In this document: positions 1 through 9,962 of the stretch, piece by piece | How positions within the stretch are numbered: the first letter of the stretch is position 1 | How the letters are laid out: each line of letters begins with the position of its first letter | Source of the DNA: Candidatus Aenigmarchaeota archaeon LH_S7 | GTDB lineage: Archaea; Aenigmatarchaeota; Aenigmatarchaeia; QMZS01 | Direction: 5' to 3' | NCBI GenBank assembly: GCA_023659895.1 | Contig: JAGXOL010000002.1 | Location: 4,388-68,387, forward strand | DNA: 64,000 nt | Made by a program: the position numbers and the translations under genes | Notes under the pieces: model-generated | What the model was told of the DNA's origin: nothing | Database searches by the model: none | The model's input: only the letters and a program-made list of their open reading frames with translations

Positions 1-1
1 T

Positions 2-634
2 GTTTTCAAGTACAATTTGACTTTGCAGGATGTTGTTGAGAAAGATATTTCCCACATATCTTTGTTGAATGCTTTGTATGTTCACGAGACTGGTTTGAGA
101 TTTATTCCAGCGCATTTGTCGTTGAACTTCTTGGACACTGACGCAAGTAAACTAAAAAGTTTCTTGGAGAACAGTCCTTATAATGTTCTGATTGATTCCT
201 CACCTGGATTAGGTAAGGACTCTCTTTCCGTTCTTGAATGTTGTGATGAGGTTTTTGTGGTTACAGAACCTTATTTGCCTGATATAACTGATTGCATGAA
301 GACCCTAGAGGTTGCGAAGGACAGGGATGTTAATGTGAAAGGGATTATTTTGAACAAAGTCAGGGGAAAGGATTATGAATTGGGAAAAGAGGAAATTAAA
401 GCTTGTACTAATACAAATGTAATAGCTAATTTACCTTTTGAAGAGAATGTCTTGAGGTCCTTGAAGCTTAAAAATCCTGTAATAAATTACAAGCCACTTT
501 CAAAGGTCAGCTTAGGATTTAACCAACTAGCAGCGGATATTTCAGATAAAGAGTTTGTAAAGCCAAGGTTTTTGCCATTAAAGAGAGCTTTCAGTTTTAT
601 TCAAAATAAGTCAAAGTCAGCCAAGGCAAATTAA
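2..634 (+). CDS. MinD/ParA-family ATPase, C-terminal part (5' end outside window)
   Basis: Frame open from position 2; motifs FIPAHLS, LIDSSPGLG, VVTEP...TD and GIILNKV typical of archaeal MinD-like proteins; Walker A lies off-window. Confidence 0.8.
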   Translation, partial: VFKYNLTLQDVVEKDISHISLLNALYVHETGLRFIPAHLSLNFLDTDASKLKSFLENSPYNVLIDSSPGLGKDSLSVLECCDEVFVVTEPYLPDITDCMKTLEVAKDRDVNVKGIILNKVRGKDYELGKEEIKACTNTNVIANLPFEENVLRSLKLKNPVINYKPLSKVSLGFNQLAADISDKEFVKPRFLPLKRAFSFIQNKSKSAKAN

Positions 635-675
635 TATCTATTTATAAGATTTCTTTCTGTGTTCAAAGGTGTATT

Positions 676-1184
676 TCATTCTTCTATTGCTTTTTCAAAA
701 TCTTCTAATTCTAATAGGTTTCCAGATTCTGCTTCTTCCATGCTTTCCAACAAATCTTTCATTAATTTTTCATTAGATAATAATTCAAGTTCATATTTGA
801 TTTGTTCTATTTCTTCCTCTAACTTCTTGAATCTTTTGAGGACTTTTATACTTAACCAAAGGCAAGAAAACTCCCGACTTTAGTCGTGTAGCTCAATTGC
901 CCCTTAAATACTTTTAAAATATAATTAAATATGGACATACAGGTCCTGTATTGTCTTCTGGGTATATCTTGGAAGACGGGGTTGCTGAACCTACAATAGT
1001 GAAATAAGGCGTCTGAAAAAAGTGACTCAACCCTAAACTAAAGCGTGTCAGACCAAAACCTCTGCTACGGTAAGTTTTGTTAGCGACTTTAGAACCTCGC
1101 CAGTCTTCTGTATTCAAAACAGTGTTTTGGTTAAGGAAGCTCCTGAATTATTCAGGGAGAGGAAGTCACATTGGTAGCTCTCAT
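676..1184 (-). pseudogene. Small antitoxin-like gene (RelB/Phd-like) interrupted by an IS200/IS605 miniature element
   Basis: Removing 850..1169 restores the ORF MRATNIKVLKRFKKLEEEIEQIKYELELLSNEKLMKDLLESMEEAESGNLLELEDFEKAIEE*. Its TGA overlaps an ATG (679) starting a 13-codon stub MKYTFEHRKKSYK, possibly a toxin remnant. Confidence 0.6.
850..1169 (+). mobile_element. Non-autonomous IS200/IS605 (IS1341/TnpB-type) miniature element with putative omegaRNA
   Basis: Left-end hairpin AAAA-CTCCCGACTTTAGTCGTGTAG; right end GAAG-CTCCTGAATTATTCAGGGAG-AGGAAGTCAC; inserted 3' of TTTAT with no TSD; TnpB-like C-terminal remnant NIIKYG...EDGVAEPTIVK*. The left boundary could alternatively be 856. Confidence 0.75.
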
Positions 1185-1303
1185 AAATTTTAGTTCTTTT
1201 GTAGGGCTTACTTCCTCCTTACTCAAATTATTTCCCATAATATATCAAGATTATATATATACCTATAATTAGGGTTGAATAAATAAAGTTTTGTGTATTT
1301 TAT

Positions 1304-1441
1304 GGGCCTGTAGTTCAATCTGGCAGAACGCTGCCCTTGCAAGGCAGAGGCTGTGGGTTCAAAGGGAACTTTTAGAAAAAGTTCCAAAGAAAGGTCTACC
1401 AACTCCAAAAGAAAAATGATACGAAAATCCCACCGGGTCCA
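1304..1441 (+). tRNA. tRNA-Ala(TGC) with 64-nt intron at 59/60 (1364..1427)
   Basis: Acceptor GGGCCTG/CGGGTCC with G3:U70; anticodon arm CTGCC-CTTGCAA-GGCAG; T-stem GTGGG/CCCAC split after TTCAAA. Confidence 0.92.
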
Positions 1442-1523
1442 TAAGTTTTGACTTTGCCAAAAGTGCACCGTTGCTATGATAAAGGCTCAATCAAAAAAGA
1501 ATTTTGAAAAAAGAAAAAATAAA

Positions 1524-1781
1524 TTACTTACCTTTAATTTTATCAATAAGTTTTCTCAATGGATTTTTTGATTCTTCTCCTTTTTCCGCTTCCTTTAGTT
1601 CTTTGTTCAGTTCGTCTAAGTCTTTCTTTTCTCCAGGTTTCTGTTCCATAGGTGGTTTTTGTGGTTCCATTGGTGGTTTTGTAGGTTTTTTGGCTCCCAT
1701 TCCTTCTTGTTTTTTCGATAATTCTGTTTTCTTTTTCCTTTGTTTTTTCTTTAGTTCTTCAAGTTTCTTTTTGTCTACCAT
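1524..1781 (-). CDS. Hypothetical Lys/Glu/Pro-rich small protein
   Basis: 85-aa ATG ORF with genome-typical composition and KPPME repeats. Confidence 0.55.
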   Translation of the reverse strand: MVDKKKLEELKKKQRKKKTELSKKQEGMGAKKPTKPPMEPQKPPMEQKPGEKKDLDELNKELKEAEKGEESKNPLRKLIDKIKGK

Positions 1782-1809
1782 AATTTTCCTTTTTTATATT
1801 AAATAAATT

Positions 1810-2481
1810 ATGGAAGTCTTCATAGGTACTAGTGGGTGGTCCTATAAATGGAATAAAGACAAGAGTTTGGATTGGTTTTTGGAGAATTCTGGTTTGGATG
1901 CTGTTGAACTGAATGCGAGTTTTTACATGTTTCCTTTTCCTAACATGGTTAAGAGCTGGGCTAAGAAAGGTCAGGAGATAAGATGGAGTATTAAGGTGAA
2001 TCAGTGGATCACTCATAGGAAGAAGTTCAGTGAATGCAAGGAATTGTGGGACAAGTTTAAAAGAAAGTTTAAGACAATGGACAAATTTATTGATTTCTAT
2101 TTGTTTCAGGCTCCCCCAAAGTTTGAAGATTATGAGAAAGTAATAGAGCTTGCTAAGTACACAGGTTTAGGAAAGAGGTTTGCTTTTGAAGTTAGGAACA
2201 GAGAATGGTTAGAAAGTGAGGAGAAGTTTAAAGAATTGAAGAAGAAGATTACTTTGGTATCTATAGATTCACCTGATTTTCATTCAAAGATTTTTAGGGA
2301 TAAAGTTGTTTATTTGAGGATGCATGGGAAAGATAATTGGTATCAGCACAATTATTCAGATAAAGAGTTAAAAGAAATTGTTGGAAAGATTAAGGGAGTC
2401 AAGCCAAAAAAGGTCTATGTGTTTTTCAATAATAACCATGACATGCTAAACAATGCTCAAACAATGAAAGAATTATTTTAG
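1810..2481 (+). CDS. DUF72 (YecE-like) TIM-barrel protein
   Basis: IGTSGWSY, VELNASFY, ITH, FEVR, YLRMHG and FFNNN motifs. Confidence 0.9.
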   Translation: MEVFIGTSGWSYKWNKDKSLDWFLENSGLDAVELNASFYMFPFPNMVKSWAKKGQEIRWSIKVNQWITHRKKFSECKELWDKFKRKFKTMDKFIDFYLFQAPPKFEDYEKVIELAKYTGLGKRFAFEVRNREWLESEEKFKELKKKITLVSIDSPDFHSKIFRDKVVYLRMHGKDNWYQHNYSDKELKEIVGKIKGVKPKKVYVFFNNNHDMLNNAQTMKELF

Positions 2482-4136
2482 TTAGAACTTTTCTTATATA
2501 GGTTCTCAATTCTATTTAAAGTATCTACTTCTTCCACGCTTTTGTCCTCTCTTATTCTGATCAGTTTTGGGAACCTTAGTGCATAACCACTCTCATAGGT
2601 AGGGGATTTCTGTATTTCCTGATAGCCTGTCTCAACAACAACTTTTGGTTTTATCCTAACTTTGTTCTCTTTTTCAAATTCAATTAAGGGTTTTAATGTT
2701 TTGGTCATCTCCTTGAACTGCTCATCTGTTAAACCAGTCCCCATCTTTCCAATCCCTAATAATTCTCCTGTTTCCTCATCTCTAGCAGCTAGAATAAAAG
2801 AAGCGAGCCAATTTGCTCTTCTTCCCTGTCCCCATTCAGCTCCAACCACAACCAAGTCCAAGGTTTCCTCTTCTGGTTTTACTTTGTACATGTACCCAAC
2901 TCTTTTCCCTGGTTGGTAAGGTGCATCCAAGTTTTTAACCATTATTCCCTCTTGTCCCAAATCCAAGGCCTCGTTGTAGAATTTCTCTACTTTTTCAACA
3001 TCTTTAGTAACCAACTGCTCAGCTAGTTGAAATTTTCCTTTTTCCTGGGAGATAATTTCTTCCAGTTTTTTCCTCCTTTTTGAGAACTTCTCATCAAGTA
3101 ATTGCTTCCTGTCTACAAGAAGACAATCAAACAAGTTTACTTGCACTGGTATCTCCTGTGACATTTTCCTGATGTTATACTTTCTTTGGATTCTTTTGCT
3201 GAGTTCCTGGAAAGGTAAGAGTTTTCCATCTCTAATTGCAACTGCTTCTCCCTCAAGAATTGACTTTTCCACTTTAATATTTTTCTTGCAGAGCTCAACA
3301 ATATCAGGGAATTGCTTTGTAACATTTTCCAATCTTCTGGTAAAGACCCATATTTTTTCTCCCTCCTTTTGGGTTAAGATGCGGGTTCCATCATACTTGT
3401 ATTCTATAGCTGGGTTCTTAGCATCTTCCAAAGCTTTTTCCAGGTTTTCGGATTTTTCAGCAAGCATTGCTTTTGTTGGAGTTCCAATTTCCAAGCTTAT
3501 TTTTTTCAATCCTTTGTCCCCATCATTTTTTGCTATCTTTGCAACTCTTCCAAAATCAGTAATTAAATTGTAATCTCTTTCAACTAGCTCTTTGTCAACT
3601 TCAAAAGCTTTTGATGTTGCATCTCTCAAGATTCCCTCCGCAGTGCCCAATCTTAGCTCTCCAAGAATTGTTCTAATAACATATCTTGCCTCTGAAGGTT
3701 CCGCTGAGTTGAGTAGTTCAAGAATGTTGTTGATTTTTCTTTCTTGGGAGTTCTTTCCAGTATATTTCGCGATTTCTCTTATAGATTCGTAAACCTTTTT
3801 TATTTTTAAACTTTTCTTGAAAAGAATTGATTGTTTCTTTTTTTTGGCTATTTCCTGGGCAACCAAACCTAAATCACCACTATCTTTGAACTTGTCCATT
3901 ATCTCCTTTTTAGAATAACCTAATTTTGTTAGGGCAAGTATAACTAGATTATCTGCAATTCCTAGATCTTCTTCTTCACTTTCAGAGAAGATTTTTCCTC
4001 TCAACAAAGGCATTACAATTTTTAATTCCTCACCATTGAGGTCTTTAATAAAGTTTGCAATAATATCAGTTTTCTCAAGTTTTTTTGTTGTACTTCCAAC
4101 CTTATCATAAACATCAACCAAAGTTTTGTATTTCAT
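2478..4136 (-). CDS. lig: ATP-dependent DNA ligase
   Basis: Motif I EYKYDGTR, EGIMVK, ALRFP, N-terminal DNA-binding domain. Confidence 0.97.
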   Translation of the reverse strand: MKYKTLVDVYDKVGSTTKKLEKTDIIANFIKDLNGEELKIVMPLLRGKIFSESEEEDLGIADNLVILALTKLGYSKKEIMDKFKDSGDLGLVAQEIAKKKKQSILFKKSLKIKKVYESIREIAKYTGKNSQERKINNILELLNSAEPSEARYVIRTILGELRLGTAEGILRDATSKAFEVDKELVERDYNLITDFGRVAKIAKNDGDKGLKKISLEIGTPTKAMLAEKSENLEKALEDAKNPAIEYKYDGTRILTQKEGEKIWVFTRRLENVTKQFPDIVELCKKNIKVEKSILEGEAVAIRDGKLLPFQELSKRIQRKYNIRKMSQEIPVQVNLFDCLLVDRKQLLDEKFSKRRKKLEEIISQEKGKFQLAEQLVTKDVEKVEKFYNEALDLGQEGIMVKNLDAPYQPGKRVGYMYKVKPEEETLDLVVVGAEWGQGRRANWLASFILAARDEETGELLGIGKMGTGLTDEQFKEMTKTLKPLIEFEKENKVRIKPKVVVETGYQEIQKSPTYESGYALRFPKLIRIREDKSVEEVDTLNRIENLYKKSSN

Positions 4137-4164
4137 AACTTAAAATGTGAATTATTTCTTAATA

Positions 4165-5241
4165 ATGGAGGTCAAAAAAAGGGTTGAGAAGATTCTGGAA
4201 AAATATAATATTTGTGATACTTGCTTAGGGAGACAATTTCATGGTCTCTATCCTGAAAAAAGTAATAAAGAAATCGGGGAAAAGTTGAAATATGATTTTG
4301 ATTATAGAAAGAAAAAAGAATGTTATTTTTGTGGAGGTTTTTTTGAGAATTTTGAGAAAGAATTAAAAAAAATTGAGAGGGAATTAAAAAAATATGAATT
4401 TCATACGTTCCTAGTTGGTTCTGAGTTTCCCAGAAAAATGATTCAAAGAGAGGAAAAACTTTGGGAGGAAAATGGGGTTGACCTTTGTGAGGCAATAAAA
4501 ACAAATTTGAATAGAGAAGTTGGATTGGAATTGAGAAAAAGATTGGGAAAAGAAGTGGATTTTGAGATTCCTGATGTAATGGTTATTGTTGATTTAATTA
4601 AAAATAAAACTATAGTGCAAGCATCTCCTTTGTATGTTGAAGGAACTTATAAAAAAATTCTTCCTAGAAGTAAAATCCAAAAAACAATAGAAAGTAATTT
4701 TTTGAGAAAAAGTAAGAGTGAGAAGGTAATATTTTATTCTGCTGGGAGGATGGAAGAGAATGTTGTCACTTCATTTTACAAAGACTTTCTTGTTAAGTTG
4801 AAAGCTCCTAGAAAAAGGAGATTAAATTTGAGAGAGCTGGAAAGGAAAATAAACCAAAACAAATCGGTTAAGGTAAAGGATTTAGGATATTCAAAGAAAA
4901 AGAAGATTGAAGATCTTAAAAGCAGGCATTTGGTTTCTTATTCAGTTGTTCTAAAATTTGGTAAATTAGATGGAGAAAAGAAAGAGATTGCAGATAGTTT
5001 AAGAAAATTGGAGAACAAAAAAGTGCACCAGGAACTAAAAAACAAAATCAGGAAGCCTAAAATCAGTAAATTAGAAAGAAAATTTGAAGATAAAAAATTA
5101 AAGTTAAATTTGGAAAGCACAGAAAATTTCTCAATTAATGATTTCCTGGACAAGAGTAAGCCTAACTTGAAGGATACAATAGGGGAGGAATTTAAAGTTA
5201 AAGAGATTGTGATGAAAAGTTGCAGAAAATTAAAGAAATAA
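4165..5241 (+). CDS. pus10: Pus10-like tRNA pseudouridine(54/55) synthase homologue with degenerate catalytic domain
   Basis: N-terminal CDTCLGRQF and CYFC Zn motifs and THUMP-like region; the catalytic AGREDID motif reads AGRMEEN. Confidence 0.75.
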   Translation: MEVKKRVEKILEKYNICDTCLGRQFHGLYPEKSNKEIGEKLKYDFDYRKKKECYFCGGFFENFEKELKKIERELKKYEFHTFLVGSEFPRKMIQREEKLWEENGVDLCEAIKTNLNREVGLELRKRLGKEVDFEIPDVMVIVDLIKNKTIVQASPLYVEGTYKKILPRSKIQKTIESNFLRKSKSEKVIFYSAGRMEENVVTSFYKDFLVKLKAPRKRRLNLRELERKINQNKSVKVKDLGYSKKKKIEDLKSRHLVSYSVVLKFGKLDGEKKEIADSLRKLENKKVHQELKNKIRKPKISKLERKFEDKKLKLNLESTENFSINDFLDKSKPNLKDTIGEEFKVKEIVMKSCRKLKK

Positions 5242-5255
5242 TTTATTAATATATT

Positions 5256-5672
5256 ATGGAAAAAGGTATTGCTCTTCCTACTCGTGCTATAGTAATAATT
5301 GTTCTTTTGCTTTTAGTATTAGCTGTGCTAGCTTATTTTTTCACAAGTAGTGGTGGGTTGATTATAGGTCCTGTTATAGATGAAAGTAGACTAGATAAAG
5401 AGTGTAATCAATGGAAGTATTATTTGTATAGTTATGGTGAATTCAATAATACCAATTATCCTTCTCTGGTAAGCCATTTTGGAAACCCTGTAAGAGCAAA
5501 GGAGTATTGTCAGAATCTCGGTACTGACATTACAGTGGTTGGAGATTGTGGTTCTGATAAATGTGAAGGTAGTGAACCTGGTTGGGCAGAGGATTGTTGT
5601 TGCGAAAATAAAGGAGATGAATCTTCTTGTGATGAGGGGGAATCAAATTGTGGTTGGGGAGAGAGATGTTAA
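5256..5672 (+). CDS. Pilin-like protein with class III signal peptide and Cys-rich C-terminus
   Basis: MEKG|IALPT followed by a hydrophobic helix; Cys-rich acidic tail. Confidence 0.6.
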   Translation: MEKGIALPTRAIVIIVLLLLVLAVLAYFFTSSGGLIIGPVIDESRLDKECNQWKYYLYSYGEFNNTNYPSLVSHFGNPVRAKEYCQNLGTDITVVGDCGSDKCEGSEPGWAEDCCCENKGDESSCDEGESNCGWGERC

Positions 5673-5801
5673 ATGACACCCCATACCAAAAAGCTATAAG
5701 TTTCTTTACTTATTTCTAATAATATAATTTCCTTGACCAGGAGGAGCAATTCCCCAACCATCCATTATAACTAAAATTATTTTCTTAATAAGTTATATTT
5801 T

Positions 5802-6734
5802 ATGAAGGTTTTGATAACAGGAGGTGCAGGTTTTATTGGCTCAAACTTAATTGAAAAATTAGCTGAGAAAAATGAAGTAATTGTAATTGACAATTTATCT
5901 GGAGGCAGGAAGGAATTCATAGAACCCTTTCTTGATAAAATAAAATTCTACAAAGTTGATTTATTAAATAATGTAAATGATTACTTTTCTGGGGTTGAAG
6001 AGGTCTGGCATCTGGCAGCAGATCCTTCTGTAAAGGATTCTTCAATACAAACTTTTTTTAGGGATTTGGAAATAACAAAAAATGTTCTTGAAGCTTGTAG
6101 AAAAAATAAAGTCAAGAGAATTTTATTTACTTCAAGTTCTACAGTTTATGGGGAGTCCGAATTAAACACACCAGAAAACTGCGAAACAAAACCAATCTCT
6201 TTTTATGGAGGTACAAAGCTCTCTTGTGAATCCCTGATTTCAAACTACTGCTCCCTCTACAAAATTCAGGGCTTCCTTTTTAGATTTGCAAATATAATTG
6301 GAAAAAACTCGACCCATGGTGTGATTTATGATTTTATTGGGAAACTCTCAAAAAATAAAGAAGAGTTAAAAATTTTAGGTGATGGAAAACAGACAAAAAG
6401 TTATCTCTCTGTTAGTGATTGTATAAATGGAATGCTGATAGCAAGAGATAAAGCAAAAGAAAAAATAAATATATTTAATCTTGGAAGTAGAGACAAGACG
6501 AATGTGAAAGAGATTGCAGAAATTGTTGTTGAAGAGATGATTTCCTCACTTCAGAAAAAACCGAAATTTAAATTCACAGGTGGAGTTGATAATGGAAAAG
6601 GATGGAAAGGTGATGTTAAAGAAATGCTGTTAGATATTTCAAAATTACAGAAACTTGGATTTACTCCAAAAAATTCGTCAAAAGAAGCTGTCAGAGAAGC
6701 TGTTAGAGAAACAATTAATTCTTATCAATTATAA
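5802..6734 (+). CDS. NAD-dependent epimerase/dehydratase (GalE-like)
   Basis: TGGAGFIG, FTSSSTVYG, YGGTK extended-SDR motifs. Confidence 0.93.
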   Translation: MKVLITGGAGFIGSNLIEKLAEKNEVIVIDNLSGGRKEFIEPFLDKIKFYKVDLLNNVNDYFSGVEEVWHLAADPSVKDSSIQTFFRDLEITKNVLEACRKNKVKRILFTSSSTVYGESELNTPENCETKPISFYGGTKLSCESLISNYCSLYKIQGFLFRFANIIGKNSTHGVIYDFIGKLSKNKEELKILGDGKQTKSYLSVSDCINGMLIARDKAKEKINIFNLGSRDKTNVKEIAEIVVEEMISSLQKKPKFKFTGGVDNGKGWKGDVKEMLLDISKLQKLGFTPKNSSKEAVREAVRETINSYQL

Positions 6735-6736
6735 TA

Positions 6737-8209
6737 ATGTTCATATCACATCCTCTCATAAAAAAGGGTAAAGTTGAAGTTAGAGACTATCAAACTAAAA
6801 TTGCTGAGAATTCATTGAAAAATAATACTTTGATTGTTTTGCCAACAGGTTTGGGTAAGACAAATATTGCTTTGATTGCCTGCGCTGAAAAGCTTAATAA
6901 AGTAGATGGGAAAATACTTTTTTTATCTCCAACAAAACCTTTGGTAAACCAGCACAAGCAGACTTTTGAAGATTTGTCTGAAATTGGGGATCTTGAAATA
7001 GTTAGTGGAGAAACAAAACCAGAAAGAAGAAAGAAATTGTATGATAAAGGAAGGATTATCTTTGCTACTCCTCAGACCATATCAAATGATTTGAAAAGCA
7101 GTGTTTTAAATTTGAAAGATTTTGTGATGTTAGTTGTGGATGAGGCTCATCACACTGTTGGAAACTATGCTTATACTTATATTGCAAACAGGTATATTAA
7201 GGAATCAAAAAATCCATTAATAATTGGTATGACTGCTTCACCAGGTGGTAAAATAACAAAGATTGAGGAGATAAAGAATAATCTTTTCATAAATCAAGTT
7301 GAAGCGAAAAGTGAAGTTGATGAAGGGGTTAAGAAGTATGTTAAGGAGAAAGAAATGAAAAAAATTGAAGTTAGTTTTCCTGAAGACTATAAAAACGCAA
7401 AGAAATTGATTGAAGGGATAATAAGTAAGAAAGGTGAGCAATTGTACAAGAAAGGGGCTCTGCCAACAAAGAAATTCTCAAAGAAGTTGCTCCTAGATTA
7501 TCATCAACTATATATAAAGAAAGCTAATTCCACAAAAAGAAAGGAATTATATTTTGCAGTTTCAAAAATCTCGGAATTAATAAAGTTAGATTACTGTCTG
7601 GAGTTGTTGGAGACCCAAGGGAAAATACAGTGTCTGCAGTATATAAGCAAATTGAAGAAGGAAAGTACGAAAGCTGCAAAAAGTATAAATTTTGATCCAG
7701 AGTTTCAAGTCTTTGTTAACAAAGTTGAAAAGCTGGAAGAGCATCCAAAACTTGAAAAGATTAAGGAGATAGCTAAGAAGGAATTCAAAAATAAAACCAT
7801 AATTTTTACTCAATACAGATCTACCATAGATGAGATTAAAAAGAAAGTTGAGAGGATAGAGGGGGTTAAAGCAGCTGTTCTGATTGGTCAGAAAAGTGGT
7901 TTGAATCAGAAAAAGCAGGTCTCAATAATAAGGGATTTTGAAGATGGTTTTTACAATGTTTTGATTTGCACCTCAATTGGGGAGGAAGGTTTGGATATAG
8001 GAGGTGTGGGAACAGCTGTTTTCTATGAGCCAATACCTAGTGAAATAAGGCAAATACAAAGGAGAGGTCGTGTGGGTAGGTTGATCAAAGGGAAGATTTA
8101 TATATTGGTTACTAAGGAAACAAGGGATGAGGCTTATTACTGGACTGCTTATCACAAAGAGAAGAAAATGAAGAGTTATTTGGATAAAGAGAATTTGAAC
8201 AAGTTTTAA
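6737..8209 (+). CDS. hef: Hef/FANCM-like SF2 DEAH helicase without C-terminal ERCC4 nuclease
   Basis: LPTGLGKT, DEAHH, TASPG, EEGLDI, QRRGRVGR. Confidence 0.9.
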   Translation: MFISHPLIKKGKVEVRDYQTKIAENSLKNNTLIVLPTGLGKTNIALIACAEKLNKVDGKILFLSPTKPLVNQHKQTFEDLSEIGDLEIVSGETKPERRKKLYDKGRIIFATPQTISNDLKSSVLNLKDFVMLVVDEAHHTVGNYAYTYIANRYIKESKNPLIIGMTASPGGKITKIEEIKNNLFINQVEAKSEVDEGVKKYVKEKEMKKIEVSFPEDYKNAKKLIEGIISKKGEQLYKKGALPTKKFSKKLLLDYHQLYIKKANSTKRKELYFAVSKISELIKLDYCLELLETQGKIQCLQYISKLKKESTKAAKSINFDPEFQVFVNKVEKLEEHPKLEKIKEIAKKEFKNKTIIFTQYRSTIDEIKKKVERIEGVKAAVLIGQKSGLNQKKQVSIIRDFEDGFYNVLICTSIGEEGLDIGGVGTAVFYEPIPSEIRQIQRRGRVGRLIKGKIYILVTKETRDEAYYWTAYHKEKKMKSYLDKENLNKF

Positions 8210-8377
8210 GTGATTATCTGTGTTTGGGGAATTTACAAATGGGAGATTGTATTTAACATTTGACATTAAGAGAAGTTTCTGAGCGAAGCGAAGAAATTTG
8301 GACGGAGCCTGCAAGGTGGGATCTCTTAATCACTGTTATGTGTTTTTTCTGCAAGAAAAAATAGCGAAGCTTAGGCA

Positions 8378-8545
8378 CATTTACCAATTTCCTCCAACCA
8401 ACCAGATTTCAAGGAATTAGCGAAGGAGTTACTTAATAGAGGCTTTGGAACTAATAAAAGAGATATAAGGATTATCTCTGAAAGCCCTGTTACTGAGCAA
8501 GATAGTTTAAGGATGAAGAAAATTTTGGAAAAATGTAGAGACTAA
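8378..8545 (+). pseudogene. C-terminal fragment of an endonuclease IV-like TIM-barrel gene
   Basis: HLPISSNQPDFKELAKEL...IISESPVTEQDSLRMKKILEK*; no 5' part. Confidence 0.5.
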
Positions 8546-8552
8546 AGGGATT

Positions 8553-9921
8553 TTATTTTCTTGATTTAATAGGTTTCTCTCCTGTAATACATTGTTTACA
8601 ATAGTTATCCTGGTCTCCTAATACATCAAATAATCCTTTTTGAGAAATATAATCCAATTCGAACGGAATTCCATAGTTTTCGGATAAATATTTTTCTATT
8701 TCTCTTTCATTTCTATATCTCCTCATTATAAACTCATCATTTTTAGGCATGTCAACACCATAACAACAAAAACAATTTTCATCTCTGCCTACTGGAGGAG
8801 TTCCTGAAAGATAATATATTTTTTCAATTCCAGCTTCTTCAGATATTTCAACAACTCTTTCTAACACATTCCCTCTTATTATAGAATCATCAACAAAAAT
8901 CACTCTTTTTTCATATAAAATTTCAGGTCTCTCAAAATATAAATTCTCTTTTATCGATTTTCTTCTTTCTTCCTTTGTTGATTGTATAAATGACCTCTCA
9001 AATTTTTTCTTTTTTAGCTCAGGTAAATAGGGAATCCCACTTTTTTCAGAGTAACCAATGGCATAGGGTTTTTCCTGTATTTGGGACATCCATTACAATG
9101 TCTGCTTCTATTTCAAATTCCTCTGCTAATTTCTTCCCTAAAGATTTTCTTGTATCCCAATTTTTTCTTCCTTTAAAAGTAGAGTTTGGGTTAGACAAGT
9201 AATTTATCTCAAAGAAACAAAAATTTTCTTCTGGTTCAACCACTTTTTCAAAGCTTACCTTATCATCCTCTATATAAACTATTTCCCCAGGATGTACTTC
9301 TCTTATCGGTTTACCACCTATTTTCTTTATTGGAAAGTCTTCTGAGCAGAGGACTGGCAACTCCTCTTTTTCTCCATACCATAAAGGCTTAATTCCATAT
9401 CTGTCTCTGCATCCTATCACATTACCTTCATCTAAGATTATCATTGAATAAGAACCTGGAATTTCTTCCATTAACTTATGAATTCCATATTTCTTGTAAG
9501 TTTGTAGAAGTAATTCTGTATCACTTTCCATTTCATTAGGAAATATCTTATCTCCAACTACCTGTCCATTGTGAACTATTGCAGAACTAGCACCCTTTGT
9601 AAAAGAAGTTTGTTTTTCTGTGCTTAAACTATCATACCCATCTATTGTTATAGGATGAGCATCTTTTAATAACTCCTTTTTTGATCCCTGAGTTGCATAT
9701 CTTGTGTGGATAGCAAATTGCTCTCCTCTCATTTTCTCAATATCCTCGTAACTTTCCCTATAAACCTTTCCAAGCCACCGCCTAGAGTCTATTTCTTTAT
9801 CTTCCATCCCTGCTATTCCTGTAGTTTCTTCACCTCTATGTTCTAGACCCCTAAGCATTACATAAGCATCAAAACGAGAATTTACAAATCCTACACCACA
9901 TTTATCTCTTAAACTTCCCAT
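8553..9921 (-). pseudogene. purF: Amidophosphoribosyltransferase split by a one-base frameshift near 9070
   Basis: Propeptide plus Cys1 (DK|CGVG), HRGEE, HTRYAT, RDRYGIKPL in 9046..9921; VDDSIIRG PRT motif and Fe-S cysteines in 8553..9089. Confidence 0.88.
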
Positions 9922-9962
9922 AATTGAAGATAGAGATAATTATTTGATAATTTCCAAAAATT

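Noticed and set aside
940..1169. HEARO/IscB RNA
   Set aside because: The ends, the TCAC terminus and the TnpB-like peptide remnant fit IS200/IS605-TnpB better; there is no IscB ORF
659..1468. ORFs 659..883, 914..1117 and 1223..1468
   Set aside because: Antisense shadows of the antitoxin, the IS miniature and tRNA-Ala
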